DNA of 64,000 nucleotides. Source: Setoptus koraiensis. Taxonomy: Eukaryota > Animalia > Arthropoda. Below are positions 1-11,600 of the stretch, piece by piece. The number at the start of each line of letters is the position of its first letter. Positions within the stretch are counted from its first letter, which is position 1. The DNA lies in contig CM106586.1 of NCBI GenBank assembly GCA_048013815.1, positions 15,128,001 to 15,192,000 of the forward strand, read 5' to 3'. The position numbers and the translations under genes were made by a program. The notes under the pieces were generated by a model. The model saw nothing but the letters and a program-made list of their open reading frames with translations, was not told where the DNA came from and did not search any database.

Positions 1-3000
1 TACAACTTTTGCCATCTTGTGCCCGGCGTCAGCTGTAAGCCGGGCCGATAAGTTAAGTTATAAGTGCCCAACTACACGTTTATACGTTCGTTGAGCCAAC
101 AATAGTTATGAGAGTTGCCAACAGCTGATGAGAGTAGAGCGCTGACGCAATAAGTGAGAAAATGGCAGCAGCATTTCATCATTATTTCAACATTAAACTC
201 TTGTCCTGCCAATAATACGGCCAACAGCCACGGCTTTGGCGTGAGTGTTGCCCATGGTTTTAGTGTCTTGCCAATAAATGGTCATCGACGACGACCACGA
301 CCACGATGATGATGATATGTGATTTTGTGCGGTGTTTGTTGTAGCTGTCGCTGCTGTTGTTGCCGCCGTCGTTGTAGTTGCTGTTGTAGTTGCTGTTGTA
401 GTTGCTGTTGTTGTTGCTGTTGTCGCTGGCCAACAACAACAGCAACAACGAGACAAAGTGCCCCTCTGACGGCCAGCAAAGCGTCGATTCCAATTGGCTT
501 GCCACTAAAGCGACGCTGTGAACTAAATGAATACCATCAACAAGTGGTTGGTCATCGGTTATAGCCCATTGTTGTTGCGAGTGGTCACTCAATAAACAAG
601 CGTCGCCGTGCGAGTTACATAACGATACGCAGCGCGCAACAGAGGAAGACGACGATGGAGAAGAAGATGAAGAGCTTGTTAGCGAGATGGCGTCGCTGCA
701 GTGATGGGCATCGATGCCGAGACAACATTGAATTAGCGACTGTGATGCAATTGTTAACTATGTCATAACAGAGAAACATCATGTCAGCGTCTCATTGTTG
801 TCGCTGTTGGCTCAGCGTTGTCTGCAACGCTGGCTAAGGCCGAGGGATAACACCAACACTAAATCACTTAAACGCTTCTCGTTGTCCAGCGCCGGGCCGG
901 CCGACGAGCGGCGAAGCCGCCGAGCAGAGAGGACGCCGAGCGGAGAAAAAGGCGACCAGAGAAGAAGAGGCGAAGAAAAGAAGAAAAGAAGGAGAGAAGA
1001 AGAGTCTCATCTAATTCTTTTCTCCTTTATCTCGTTGATTACAATCACTGACAAATTACACACACAGGCAGCTGGCGCCGATCTCTCACATTTAGACAAC
1101 GGCAACAACAACAAATAACTAAAATAGAATTGGCCGCTCAACAAGATTGTAAATCATGTATTATCGTGTTAGAGAGCCAAATTGGCTGCCGCTGCCGCTA
1201 AGATCGAGAGAGTTAAAGTTACAATAATAGGCTATGCAGTTGCAACTTGCAACAATGATAACGGCAAAAGTTGCACTCATCAAGCCAGCCAGAAAACTGG
1301 TGAATGGAGGAGGGCATAGGGCCGCTCGCTGCAATAGCTGGCTGTAAATCTCGCTGCAATAGCTATGGGAACGGACCGAAACTAACCAACAAACACACAA
1401 ACAATACGACAGACAATCAAAGGCGCGGATTTGCAGCGATCGGCCAACTGGCGAGCGACTTTGGGGCCTGAAAAAGAGGAAAGAAAAAGCGTCGAAAAGC
1501 GCCGAAAGTTTCACAGTCGAGAGAGTCAATCGACGCAGTCAATCCAGCAGTGTGGATGAAATAGACTCTGTTTAATAGAGTGACGACGGGCAAAAACAAT
1601 GCGATTGTGAGCGCAAAGAGTGGCAAGCAAACACACACGACAAATTAGATGAGAGAATGCTCGAATTAGAGCGGATGCGCCTCTCAGCGAATCAGATCGA
1701 TTAGAGTGACCGTGAGCCGTCTATAAATAATAGTTGTCCATCTAACGGTGCGCCGTCCATATCCAGCACTGTCCACATCCAGCGCAGTCCGTCCAACAGT
1801 TGGCTGTCGGCTGAAAGTTGGCTGTCAATGGTCGAGAATCTGCTGTCAGTTGAGAATCTGCTGTCAGTCGAGAATCAGTCGGCAGTCGAAAATCAGTCGC
1901 CAGTTGGCTCGCATCACCAACAACCAGTCAGTAGTCACTCTCTCTTGGCGAGCGTTCTCTCGACAGTCTATTGCAGCGGTTGCGAAGTTTCCAACATTCT
2001 AATGCCAGCAGCCGATCCACTGCAACATACAGAGCAAATCGACAGAAAACAGCCAGTTACATAGCAAGCGAGATTGCGCAACAAGCTGGAGCAAAATTCC
2101 GGCAAGTTCATTACAACACCTCACGACAGTCATACAAACAAACGATTAATTGTGATTCAGTTATTGATCGCTGACACAGGCGGAAGGAAGCCCTGGCGGC
2201 GCAGTCAATATTTCCATCAAAACTGTGGCACAATTCGCTCAATTCGCACAATTAGCAGCCAGTTGCGTCGACAGCGACGACGACGACAAATAGCTCTCAA
2301 ATATACACGACAAGCTCACAAATATACACGACAAGCTCTCGAAAATATACGACAAGCTCGCTGAAATATCCGGCGCAATTAAGATTGTAATAGCCGCTAG
2401 ACGGTTGCGTCATACGCACAGCAAAAGACATAAGTTACCTGCGACTATATTCGGCAAACGACAGCAACGGCGACGACGACAACACCGACAGCGACAACAA
2501 CATGATGATGATGAAGTAATCGGCACAGGCGAAGAGAACAGTGTAGCCACTGACGACACACAGCGGACAGGTGGAGCAGATCTGGCGACAACGTTAGCAG
2601 TTGATTGCCTTGTCGATTGAGATACGACAACTCGCATGCAATTGACAGCAGCACTGTGACAGACCGAACACACCGACTGACTTGCGACTGAATGCAAATG
2701 TGATTATGTAATTGAAACGACATACGATAGCGGCATAAGTGGCTGCTGAGCGGTCGCAATCTAATTCCGAGACAATACAAAATAGAGTGACAATTTATCG
2801 CGGCTTCTCTGCAGCGCAGGCAGCAGCCATTGAGCTTGTGTGGCGTGGCTGATATAGCGAGAAAACGGCGAGAAAACGGCGAGAAAACGGCGAGAAAACA
2901 GCGAGAAACAGCGAGAAATAGGGAGAAAATAGCGAGAAATTACAGAGAAAAAATCGTCGTCGTCACCGTCGCCGTTGCTTGTGGCGTCACTGGAGCACAG

Positions 3001-3119
3001 GTAAGAGACTTGCGAGCGGAGTAGAGACTAATGGGATGCCCAATTTGCACTCTTCGAAATCAAATCGCGCCAACAAATCGGCTCGGCTCAACTAGGCTCA
3101 ACTGCACTCAACTACCGCC

Positions 3120-3290
3120 CGCAACAACCGCCCGAACAGCAACAACCGCCCGAACAGCAACAGCAACAACAGCAGCAGCAACGGCAACAACAGCAACAAC
3201 AACAACAGCAGCAGCAGCAGCAGCAGCAACGGCAACAACAGCAGCAACAACAACAACAGTCCGAACAGCAGCAGCAACAACAGCGGCGGC
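3120..3290. repeat. Degenerate (CAA/CAG)n trinucleotide tract
   Basis: Mixed CAA/CAG/CGG/CCG triplets give poly-Q/T/A-type ORF artefacts. Similar tracts occur at about 340-450, 33280-33370, 34725-34840, 38140-38270, 38470-38610 and 42205-42320. Confidence 0.9.
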
Positions 3291-4627
3291 TCGCGAAAAA
3301 CTCAAGTAGCCGCGATCGAGCGCCAGAGAAAACTGATTTTTGCGAAAGGAAAGGCGCCATAAAAAGACAATCGCATTCACATTGACAAAGAGCCGTAAAG
3401 TGCGCATAGTGCCCACGGAGTCGAGTACGAAAAAAGAGCTAACTGATCTAGTTAATAGTGTCGCACGCCGCAAGAGAGCCCACGATCTGGGCGCAATCGC
3501 ATGCAAAGTGTCTGTTGCGTAACAGCCAGCAGGTACTTTTGTTGGGTAGCTTACATTATTTAATATAGCTGGTGGCTGTTGTTCGGCGGCAAGACGACAC
3601 TGCTGCGTCGACGACGGTGTGGCAACGAAACAAAAAACAAAAAAGTCGCCCACTGGTCCGAGTCAACAACAAAAACACAAACACAGTATAAAAACGAGCG
3701 CAAAACAATCTAGTCACACAACTGCAAATCAAATGTTGTTTGCGCCGTGCTGTTGTTGTTGTTGTTCATTATACAATCATTATATAATCGTATAATCACA
3801 TCAGCCAATATCGGCCAATATCGGCCAATATCAACGTTAGTCAGTATTTAGCAGCAGTGGCAACAAGTTTGATTAAATAGGATTTGTCTCAGCTCAGCGA
3901 TCCAATAGGCGACCATAGAGCGCGCGAATGACCAATAGAAAGTGAGCGACAACAAGCGAAGAAGCAAACAGCAAACAGAAAAAACGACAGCTTGTAACCT
4001 TCAATTTCGGCTAGACACCGGCGAACAAAAACAGCAGTTGCAGCAACAAGCAAGCGACATTCAATACAGCAAAACTAATTATGATTACATAATAACGACA
4101 AGCCCAGCCAACAGTTTTGAGTCAATCGCCAGTTTGCGCCGCAACCGATCGCACAAGACCAATCGCGCAACGCAAGATCAGCCAAACAAAATCACCGACG
4201 CATTGACAGATATCGAGCGATACCGAGCGAGTGAAAAACGAACGAAAAACGAGCGAAAAACGAACGAAAAACGAGCGAAAAAAGAAGAATCCATCAAATC
4301 GAAATCGAGTTGCTCGGCGCCCGAAATCGCCCCCTGTCGACGGTCAACAGCGAACAGTCAGTTGCAAAAACAAACAATAGGAATCTCGAGGTAAGTCATA
4401 GTGTCACCTTGTCGTATTGTTCGGACAAAGTTTCACATGCTAGCGGACAAGTTTCGAGTGTCACCTCGAGCCCGAACAGCTCAGATATCAGCGTAACAAT
4501 TGACAACAATTCACTATCTCCCCTCAATATCTCCCATATCCGATCCGCTCATTTGTGCGCTGATTGCTTCACCCGATCATCAGTCGTATCAGTGTGATAG
4601 ACAAGCCGAAATAAACAATTAATCATC

Positions 4628-7006
4628 ATGTTGGGAGCCCGTCGAAACAACAGCCATTTGTGCTCGGCAAGCGAGCAACCATTTGAAACAAATTGCGTTT
4701 ATCCAGCAGAAAACAACAATGCAACCAACGACCATCAATCACGCTCAAACAATGCAAATCATGCAAATCATGCAAGGCCCCCCATCCAGAGACAAACAGC
4801 GATTCTTTCACGAAAACTATTGAAAAACTATTTGCCGCTGCTGGCGCTAGTGGTGGCCGCCATTTGCTGCTTCGGCGCTGTCGCTCAAGCCGATCCGGCC
4901 CGATCCGAAGTGTGGTCAGATATGGAGGGTCTAGAGCTGAAATACACGACCAATCACGACGAGATTCTGTCAAACCGGGGCTCCGATTTGCAACAGAAGA
5001 CACACGAACAGCCCGCAGCGGGCGACCAAGCCTCGGCGTCGCCCGATCAAGCCCAAAAGCAATCGGAGGGCGGCCAGTCTAGAGAGGGCGGCTCGCCGGA
5101 CGCGGCCGGCCCAGCAAACGAAGAGTCATCTGGCGGCGCAAATCAAGAGCAAACAAGCGCCGATGGCGGCGAATCGTCAGACGACAGCCCGAGCGGCGTT
5201 GGCGATTTGTCGGCGCGTGGCGCGGCATCAGCCGACGGGCCCACATCGGCCAACGCACAGGAATCGTCGTCCACTTCCGGTCAGCAAGCGGACAACGGCG
5301 GCAACAGCTCCGACGACGGCGGCAACAACTCGAGCGGCAACAGCAACGAACCGGCAGACGGAGCCGCCGATCAGTCGGCCGATCAAAACGACGACGCGCC
5401 GGGCAGCGGCTCGTCGGAGCAGAGCGCCGACTCGCAAAACCGACCCCAAAAGCAGGTGCCCATCGGCGGCAAGGCAACGCCCGACATGCTGCAAGGCGGG
5501 CCCCACTTGAGGCTGCCAAACAGCGCGTCGGCGCCGCCGTCCATATCGTCGCTGTCGTCGTCGTCCGCCTATTTCGACCACAACGGGCCCAATTCGAACG
5601 ACATGCGAATGAGCATCAACATCAACAACAACAACAACAACGTCGACAACGACGAACAGGACGGGCCGCCCGGCCCGGCCAACGCGCACAAGAACGGTCA
5701 CCACTCTAGTCAGTCGGGCCGGCAGAGCATGATTGATTTCGATCAGATGATGCGAAACAGCAACAACCGGCACCACGCGAAGGCGGCCACGGGCAATCAC
5801 GACGACCACGTCGAGTACTACAACTCTAATCATCACGATATGGCGGCCAAGTCGCCGTTCCCGGCGTCGCAACACGATAGCGACGACGCGGACAGCCGGG
5901 CCCCGCGCACAAGTTCGCGGTCCGCGCCGGACTCGTCGGATCGGTCCCGCGCGAGACCCGCATCACAACAGGTTGACCATGGCCCCGGCTTGGCATCGTA
6001 CAAGTCGTCGGGCTACGATCACCCCAATCTGGCGCTGGCGCACAACGGAAACAGCATGGCCTCGGTGGATGCCGACGACAGCTACGATCCGGCGAGCGGG
6101 CAGTCTGACGATCGCCGGGCCGCCCGTCACCAGTTTGGGCGTGCCGGCGACCGCTGGGCGGCGAGCCCGGCCAGATCGCGGCTCACCGCGGGCGAATCGC
6201 CCGAACAAAACTCGTACCTTCGTCGGCACCACAATACTCAATCGGCGCGGTACGCGCATCAGCGCGGCCACACCGAACAGCAGGTGAACACTGAGGCCAG
6301 CAAAGAGGACGAAAGCGCCCCGTCTAAAGCGGCCAGCAACGCGGACAGCGAACGGGACAACTTTCAATCGCCGGGCCACTTTCCGGGCTCCATGGCTCAC
6401 CTGACACAGGCCGCATCCGAGGCGCTCCGCAAGGAGCTTCCGGCCGCCACCGGAAGCACGCCCAAGTCACCGTCAACTGGTCAGTTTGACCAGTTGACGT
6501 CCGCCAATGCAAACAGCCAGACAAACAGCAGCGCGGTCACGTCGCAAGCCACCGATCTGGCCACAACGGCAACCACAACATCGTCCAAACAAACCGATCA
6601 ACCAGCCGCTGCCCAGTCAATTGACCACGCAAACTCGTTTGTCACAGCGGTCACCACCAGGGCGCCGGCTCTCAATCACGTCAGCTCGGCTACTCGATTC
6701 TCAATTAGCGAGCTAATTAGCAGCAGCGTTACAACGGAGCCCCAAACGACCCCCGAAAGCCAACAGCTGATGCCGCCCATCCTCATGACCACCACAACTG
6801 TGCCGCCGATGATGGCCACGCCAACATCGGCCAGTCAGACAGAGTCAACAACGTCACAAATCGCCAGCAGCGCCACCACAACAAATACTCAGGACCCCAA
6901 CAGCAACAACAGCAACAACCAGCGGGCCACAACTACTTCGGCCAGGCCCACTAACACTATTGTCGAGAGCGCCCTCAAACGGTTCAGATTTAGAAAATAT
7001 CCCTGA
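4628..7006 (+). CDS. Orphan low-complexity protein, 792 aa, single exon; probably secreted or membrane-anchored, with a Ser/Thr-rich C-terminus
   Basis: 2.4-kb uninterrupted ATG-started ORF. It has a hydrophobic signal/anchor-like segment (LPLLALVVAAICCFGAVAQA) at about aa 69-88, then S/G/D/Q-rich, poly-N and T/S-rich mucin-like tracts. No recognisable domain. Confidence 0.6.
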   Translation: MLGARRNNSHLCSASEQPFETNCVYPAENNNATNDHQSRSNNANHANHARPPIQRQTAILSRKLLKNYLPLLALVVAAICCFGAVAQADPARSEVWSDMEGLELKYTTNHDEILSNRGSDLQQKTHEQPAAGDQASASPDQAQKQSEGGQSREGGSPDAAGPANEESSGGANQEQTSADGGESSDDSPSGVGDLSARGAASADGPTSANAQESSSTSGQQADNGGNSSDDGGNNSSGNSNEPADGAADQSADQNDDAPGSGSSEQSADSQNRPQKQVPIGGKATPDMLQGGPHLRLPNSASAPPSISSLSSSSAYFDHNGPNSNDMRMSININNNNNNVDNDEQDGPPGPANAHKNGHHSSQSGRQSMIDFDQMMRNSNNRHHAKAATGNHDDHVEYYNSNHHDMAAKSPFPASQHDSDDADSRAPRTSSRSAPDSSDRSRARPASQQVDHGPGLASYKSSGYDHPNLALAHNGNSMASVDADDSYDPASGQSDDRRAARHQFGRAGDRWAASPARSRLTAGESPEQNSYLRRHHNTQSARYAHQRGHTEQQVNTEASKEDESAPSKAASNADSERDNFQSPGHFPGSMAHLTQAASEALRKELPAATGSTPKSPSTGQFDQLTSANANSQTNSSAVTSQATDLATTATTTSSKQTDQPAAAQSIDHANSFVTAVTTRAPALNHVSSATRFSISELISSSVTTEPQTTPESQQLMPPILMTTTTVPPMMATPTSASQTESTTSQIASSATTTNTQDPNSNNSNNQRATTTSARPTNTIVESALKRFRFRKYP

Positions 7007-8663
7007 TGATGCAATGGCAGCAAACTGCGACAACCTGCAATGATATGATTTACAACAATCCACGGCTAATTCAACAATCACCACACCAAGTCGCTTTTAC
7101 ACACTGGTGGCAAGGTGTGCAACCAACTACCGACTCACTGGATTCACACTACTACCACACACCCATGAGTCACCATGTCTTTTTATTATTTTTATAGTTG
7201 TTACAAACTCAAAAATAAATATATATATATATACTAATTCTATTATATTTAATATTACGTGACACTTGTCAGCGCCGCGACTGTGATGCTGACTGGTCAA
7301 TGAGCGCCCAGAGAGCGATAAACGACCAATAAAGAAATTACAGAAATCATTAATTTATAGAAATTAATTTATATCTGACCATTATGTGTTCGAAGTTCCA
7401 ACTCGGACATGACGTGAGGCCCGTGCCACGACTCCATCTGCGCAGCCTGAGTCAAACGGGACAAACTGACCACAGGGGCCCCATTTTTTCATCCAACACA
7501 CACACACAAATTAAGCTGTTTTTTGCTGCAATTTATTGTATTGTAATTTATCGCACCGTTGAGGCCGATTCTTTGTTCTCTCTTTCGTGCCCGCGATGAT
7601 TTATGTACAGTATAAAATGTTTTTCAGCGACGACAAAGCGGACCTGTCACATATCATAATGAACGGAGAGAGATGGCGATACGATTGGAGCCCCCATTTT
7701 GGGGCACGCATACACTGTTAGAATGGGATCCGAGTTCGGACGATGTATGTTGGCTGGTTGAGTATTTTGAGTATTCCAGGGGCAGATTCGAGGAGTCTGG
7801 CCGTCTTGCCAGTGAGTGTCTAGCCAGTGAGGCCAGGCTGCGCGTCAACCTTTCCGCTCGAAATATTCAATGGTCAGGCACAAGTCTGAACGGATTAGTT
7901 TATCAGCTCGTACTCGGTCTGTAATACAGGCCGGTGAAATTATTATTAAATTAAGCGCATATTATGCATACCGAAACCAAACAAACTACAGTGTGTAGAG
8001 ACCAACAGGATGGTAGCTGCGATACTATTAATAGATCGCGCCACTGCTAGATTCCGGGAGTCACGGATTAATTTTGGGGCCCGTCTCTGGCAGGTTTTGC
8101 AATTTACGATGTCGATGATTAGTGTCGCAAAAGGGTTGCGGATCGAGTTGGTGGCCCTCGAAAAAGCAACAACTCGATCGGATCTAACGCTGACCCAATC
8201 GATGTGCGGTGCGGTGCGGCTCTGTTTCGTTGGGTGGCGCTAGTGTCTCCCCAAGCGAACATAATTTGGCCCCACGATTGGGGCCCCGGAGCATGCGCAA
8301 ACTGGGAGCTAAGGTAAGACGAGAATCAGTGAGCGCTTGTTTACTTTTTGTCGCCACACTCGCGAGCTCACAAGTCTAGTTGTCAGTAGTGATAGTTTAG
8401 AGGCGCACAACGCGCAATTAGCCAAACTAGTATTTACTAGCAGCAATTACTTAATTTAGCCGAGTTTATTTTACAGTGAAAATTGGGCCCCATCGAATCG
8501 ATTAGTCGAGCTGTTAGATTTGCATAAAGTTTAGTTTTGGAATCGATCAGTGTAATTCGTCGATTAGTCCAATTAGTGTTATTTGTGCTCTTAGAAGAAA
8601 TTACCTGGCAGCAAGGGGATTTGTGATCGCAAATGGTCCAGTGTCAGCATCATTTAAAAACTG

Positions 8664-11600
8664 ATGATGATGTTGTTGTTGTCGATAAGTGTCGTCCTAC
8701 TCATACCAATCGGTCGATTGTGGCCAATTGAGTCAGTCAAGTCCGACGGTGAGCTCAGCGATGGTCACTTTATGAGTAGGCCCGAAACAAGTGCCGCAAC
8801 ACCGGCGCCGCCGCCGCCAACAACAGCGGCGCCAGCCATTCGTCGAAACTCCACAATACATTTCGACGGGTTCAGGCGATCGGGCCTCCGGCAAGAATCA
8901 TCGTCGTCGTCGTCGTCTTCAGATCATCATCGGCCCGATCACGCGCCGCCCGGCTTCGTCGGGCCGCCCGCACAACTCGACAGTGATCACGTTCAATCTC
9001 GCGATCAATCAATCGGTAATGGCGTTTCGTCGCCGCTCAATCATGGCGGCGGCGGCGGGGAGCGCCACCGGTACGCAAATTTAGACACTCAAAACAGATA
9101 TCCATTCAAGATTGGTGTGATAGTGCCACGAACTGCCTTTTTATCGCAATACAAATCCTACAAGCAACGCATGAAAGACACCTACAATTCGCTCAACAGC
9201 CGCAGCAAATACACGTTTCCAAATTATTTTAATTTAGTCTCGGAGCTGGTGGATTTGTCGTCCAAATCGAGCATTTCCGACATAACCAACGCACTGTGCT
9301 CAAAATTGATTGAACAAAACGTCTCGGTGATAATATATTTAGAGAAAGACGAACAGTCCGTTGTGAGCGGTGGCAGCTCAAGCTCAACGCCACCGTCGAC
9401 GGCAATGGCGTCGTTGCAGCAGCAATCTGTCAACGGCACCACTAGCGGCTCACAACCGCCCCCGCCGCCGCCGCCAGGTAACGAGCAGTCGTCGCTGGCG
9501 CGAATGGTCGCGGGCCCCACACCGGCCGATGCGGAGCCGGTCAACTTGTCGCCGGAGACTGGCAGTTCCCGGGAACAGAACAAGACCAAGAGAAAATACC
9601 CGATAATCCAACCGGAGGTTGTCGCGTCGGATTTAATGATGGACAGACAGCAGCGCCGGAACAAGCATGTCGGCAGCAGCAGTAACAAACAACAAGATGC
9701 CCCAATATTGAATCCAATTACCGATAATGGGCTTGCACAATATAGATGGCGCGACAGCGCGACTGATTATATTCAGGCCATGTCAAAATCGTCACCGGCA
9801 TCGGCCTCGAAATCGTCACCGGCATCGGCCTCGAAATCGTCACCGGCATCGGCCTCGAGATCGCAAAATGCAAACGCGTCAAACAACGACTCAATAAGCG
9901 CCACCGACTTGCTGGTGCCCGCCAATCAGTTGGCGGCCTCATCGTCGTCGCAAGCGCACTTTTTGATGCACTTAGCCGGCTACTCGGGCATACCCATGAT
10001 AGCCTGGAGTGTTGAGGCCACTTCCGTTCAGCGGGCCAAAAATACGCGCACGTTACATTTGGCGCCCACTGTGGCCCATCAGGCCAAGGCCATGTTCGCC
10101 ATAATGAACCGCTATTCTTGGCATACGTTCTCCGTCATAACAACCACTCTGGCGGGCAATGTTGACTTTATATTGGCCATACGCGAATTGATTGTGCAAA
10201 ACTCCATGAACAGCAAACAACAACGTGAGCCCGTGTCCAGGACCGCGGGCAAGTCACAAGTTAACAATCATCATCATCATCATCATGTGCTCCAACCCGA
10301 CGAAAAAAATCACAGGGCACGTCGCCACGCAATGGCCGACCAAAAGATTCCGTGAGTAGCCCCGAAAAATCTCCAAAAGCTTGCTCTTTTTCGCGCCCAC
10401 CTACCGAAACTCGCGCCGAAAATTGTTTGCTTGATTGAACTGGACAGGAAAAAGGTCGCTCACAACTTCGGTCCAACTTGTGGTTTTTCTCGGAAAAAAT
10501 CGCGATTTTCCCAGCATTTTTCGTCCGAAATTGCTTCTCGTGCAGTCCGAAATCTCGCAATCCGAAATCGCGCCTCGCGAGCGCGCCGCTGGCCACAAAT
10601 CTTGAGTTCGCCCAATTTCTCAATTAGTGCGCCCGATACCATCGAAAATATAGGCACTGTATGAATTATCAACCCGTGCCAGAAGCGACAAAAAAAGCTG
10701 GACATACAGCGTTTGGCGGATCGTAGTGCCCAGTTTCTTGCGGGTTCTCAGTGTCCGCTTCGAGCGGGTTACCTTGGCGCTTCTGATTGAATGAATCCAT
10801 TGTCAAATGATGGGCAATTGTGCGCCATCAGCTGACAAGTGACATCTTGTGAGCTGACACATACGCTGGCACGAGCAGAGATTCCGGTTAGAATAATACC
10901 AATGAAATGGTTTGTTGAGGCGCCTACGCGCGTCACGATACAGTAACGTTACCGATTAGATCGAGCCGATATGAGCCGAGCTCAGGCCGGCTCGGCTGCG
11001 ATCAATGGACCTCTTCAATGGGGCCCACAAGATCAATTTATTCAATTCAAGATGCTGCTACGTGTGAGCCTCACATGAGGCTCGATGGGGGCCAACGCTC
11101 GCCGGGGTATCCGGCACTCAGAGCCTTAGCGCCGTACTCAGAATTGATTGCAAGTAAGTGCGCACCGCAAGTGTGACCCACAAAGTATTCGCTCCAGAGG
11201 CTAATATCTATTACTGGTGAAGCTTTATTGTAGTAATTGGATGTTTATCTCGGTAAACTGTGACCGAAAAACTCGTGTCCAACTCGGTTTATTCGCGTAA
11301 TATCGTTCGCATTGATTTATACGTTTATGGTAGCTTACGCCAACTAAAGTGTTGCACTGCTTAGCTCTTGGTAATTACGCAACACTTGTCCTAAGTTTTG
11401 GCTTTGCACTTTGTTGTGCTTTGCACTGTGTTGTGCACACTACAAGGCAGTTTAGAAATTCAGGGATCCAAGCGCCGAGACAGAAAAAGAGAGAATCTTC
11501 ATTAGACAATTTTGTCTTTCGTCTCAATAATCTCGTAGATCTGGCGCGCTCAGCCTGGTTTGGGGCCTGCTGACTGTATCGCGCCGCAAGATCTGGGCCG

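Noticed and set aside
193-4600. Many short ORFs of poly-Q/T/C/L/V/A
   Set aside because: They are translations of triplet repeats in all frames, mostly with non-ATG starts and no domain or splice support.
8598-8645. U1-like start (TTACCTGGCAG...TGATC)
   Set aside because: It lacks the ATAC 5' end, has no ATTGCAC loop II and no downstream Sm site, and runs into the Nmdar2 start; likely coincidence.
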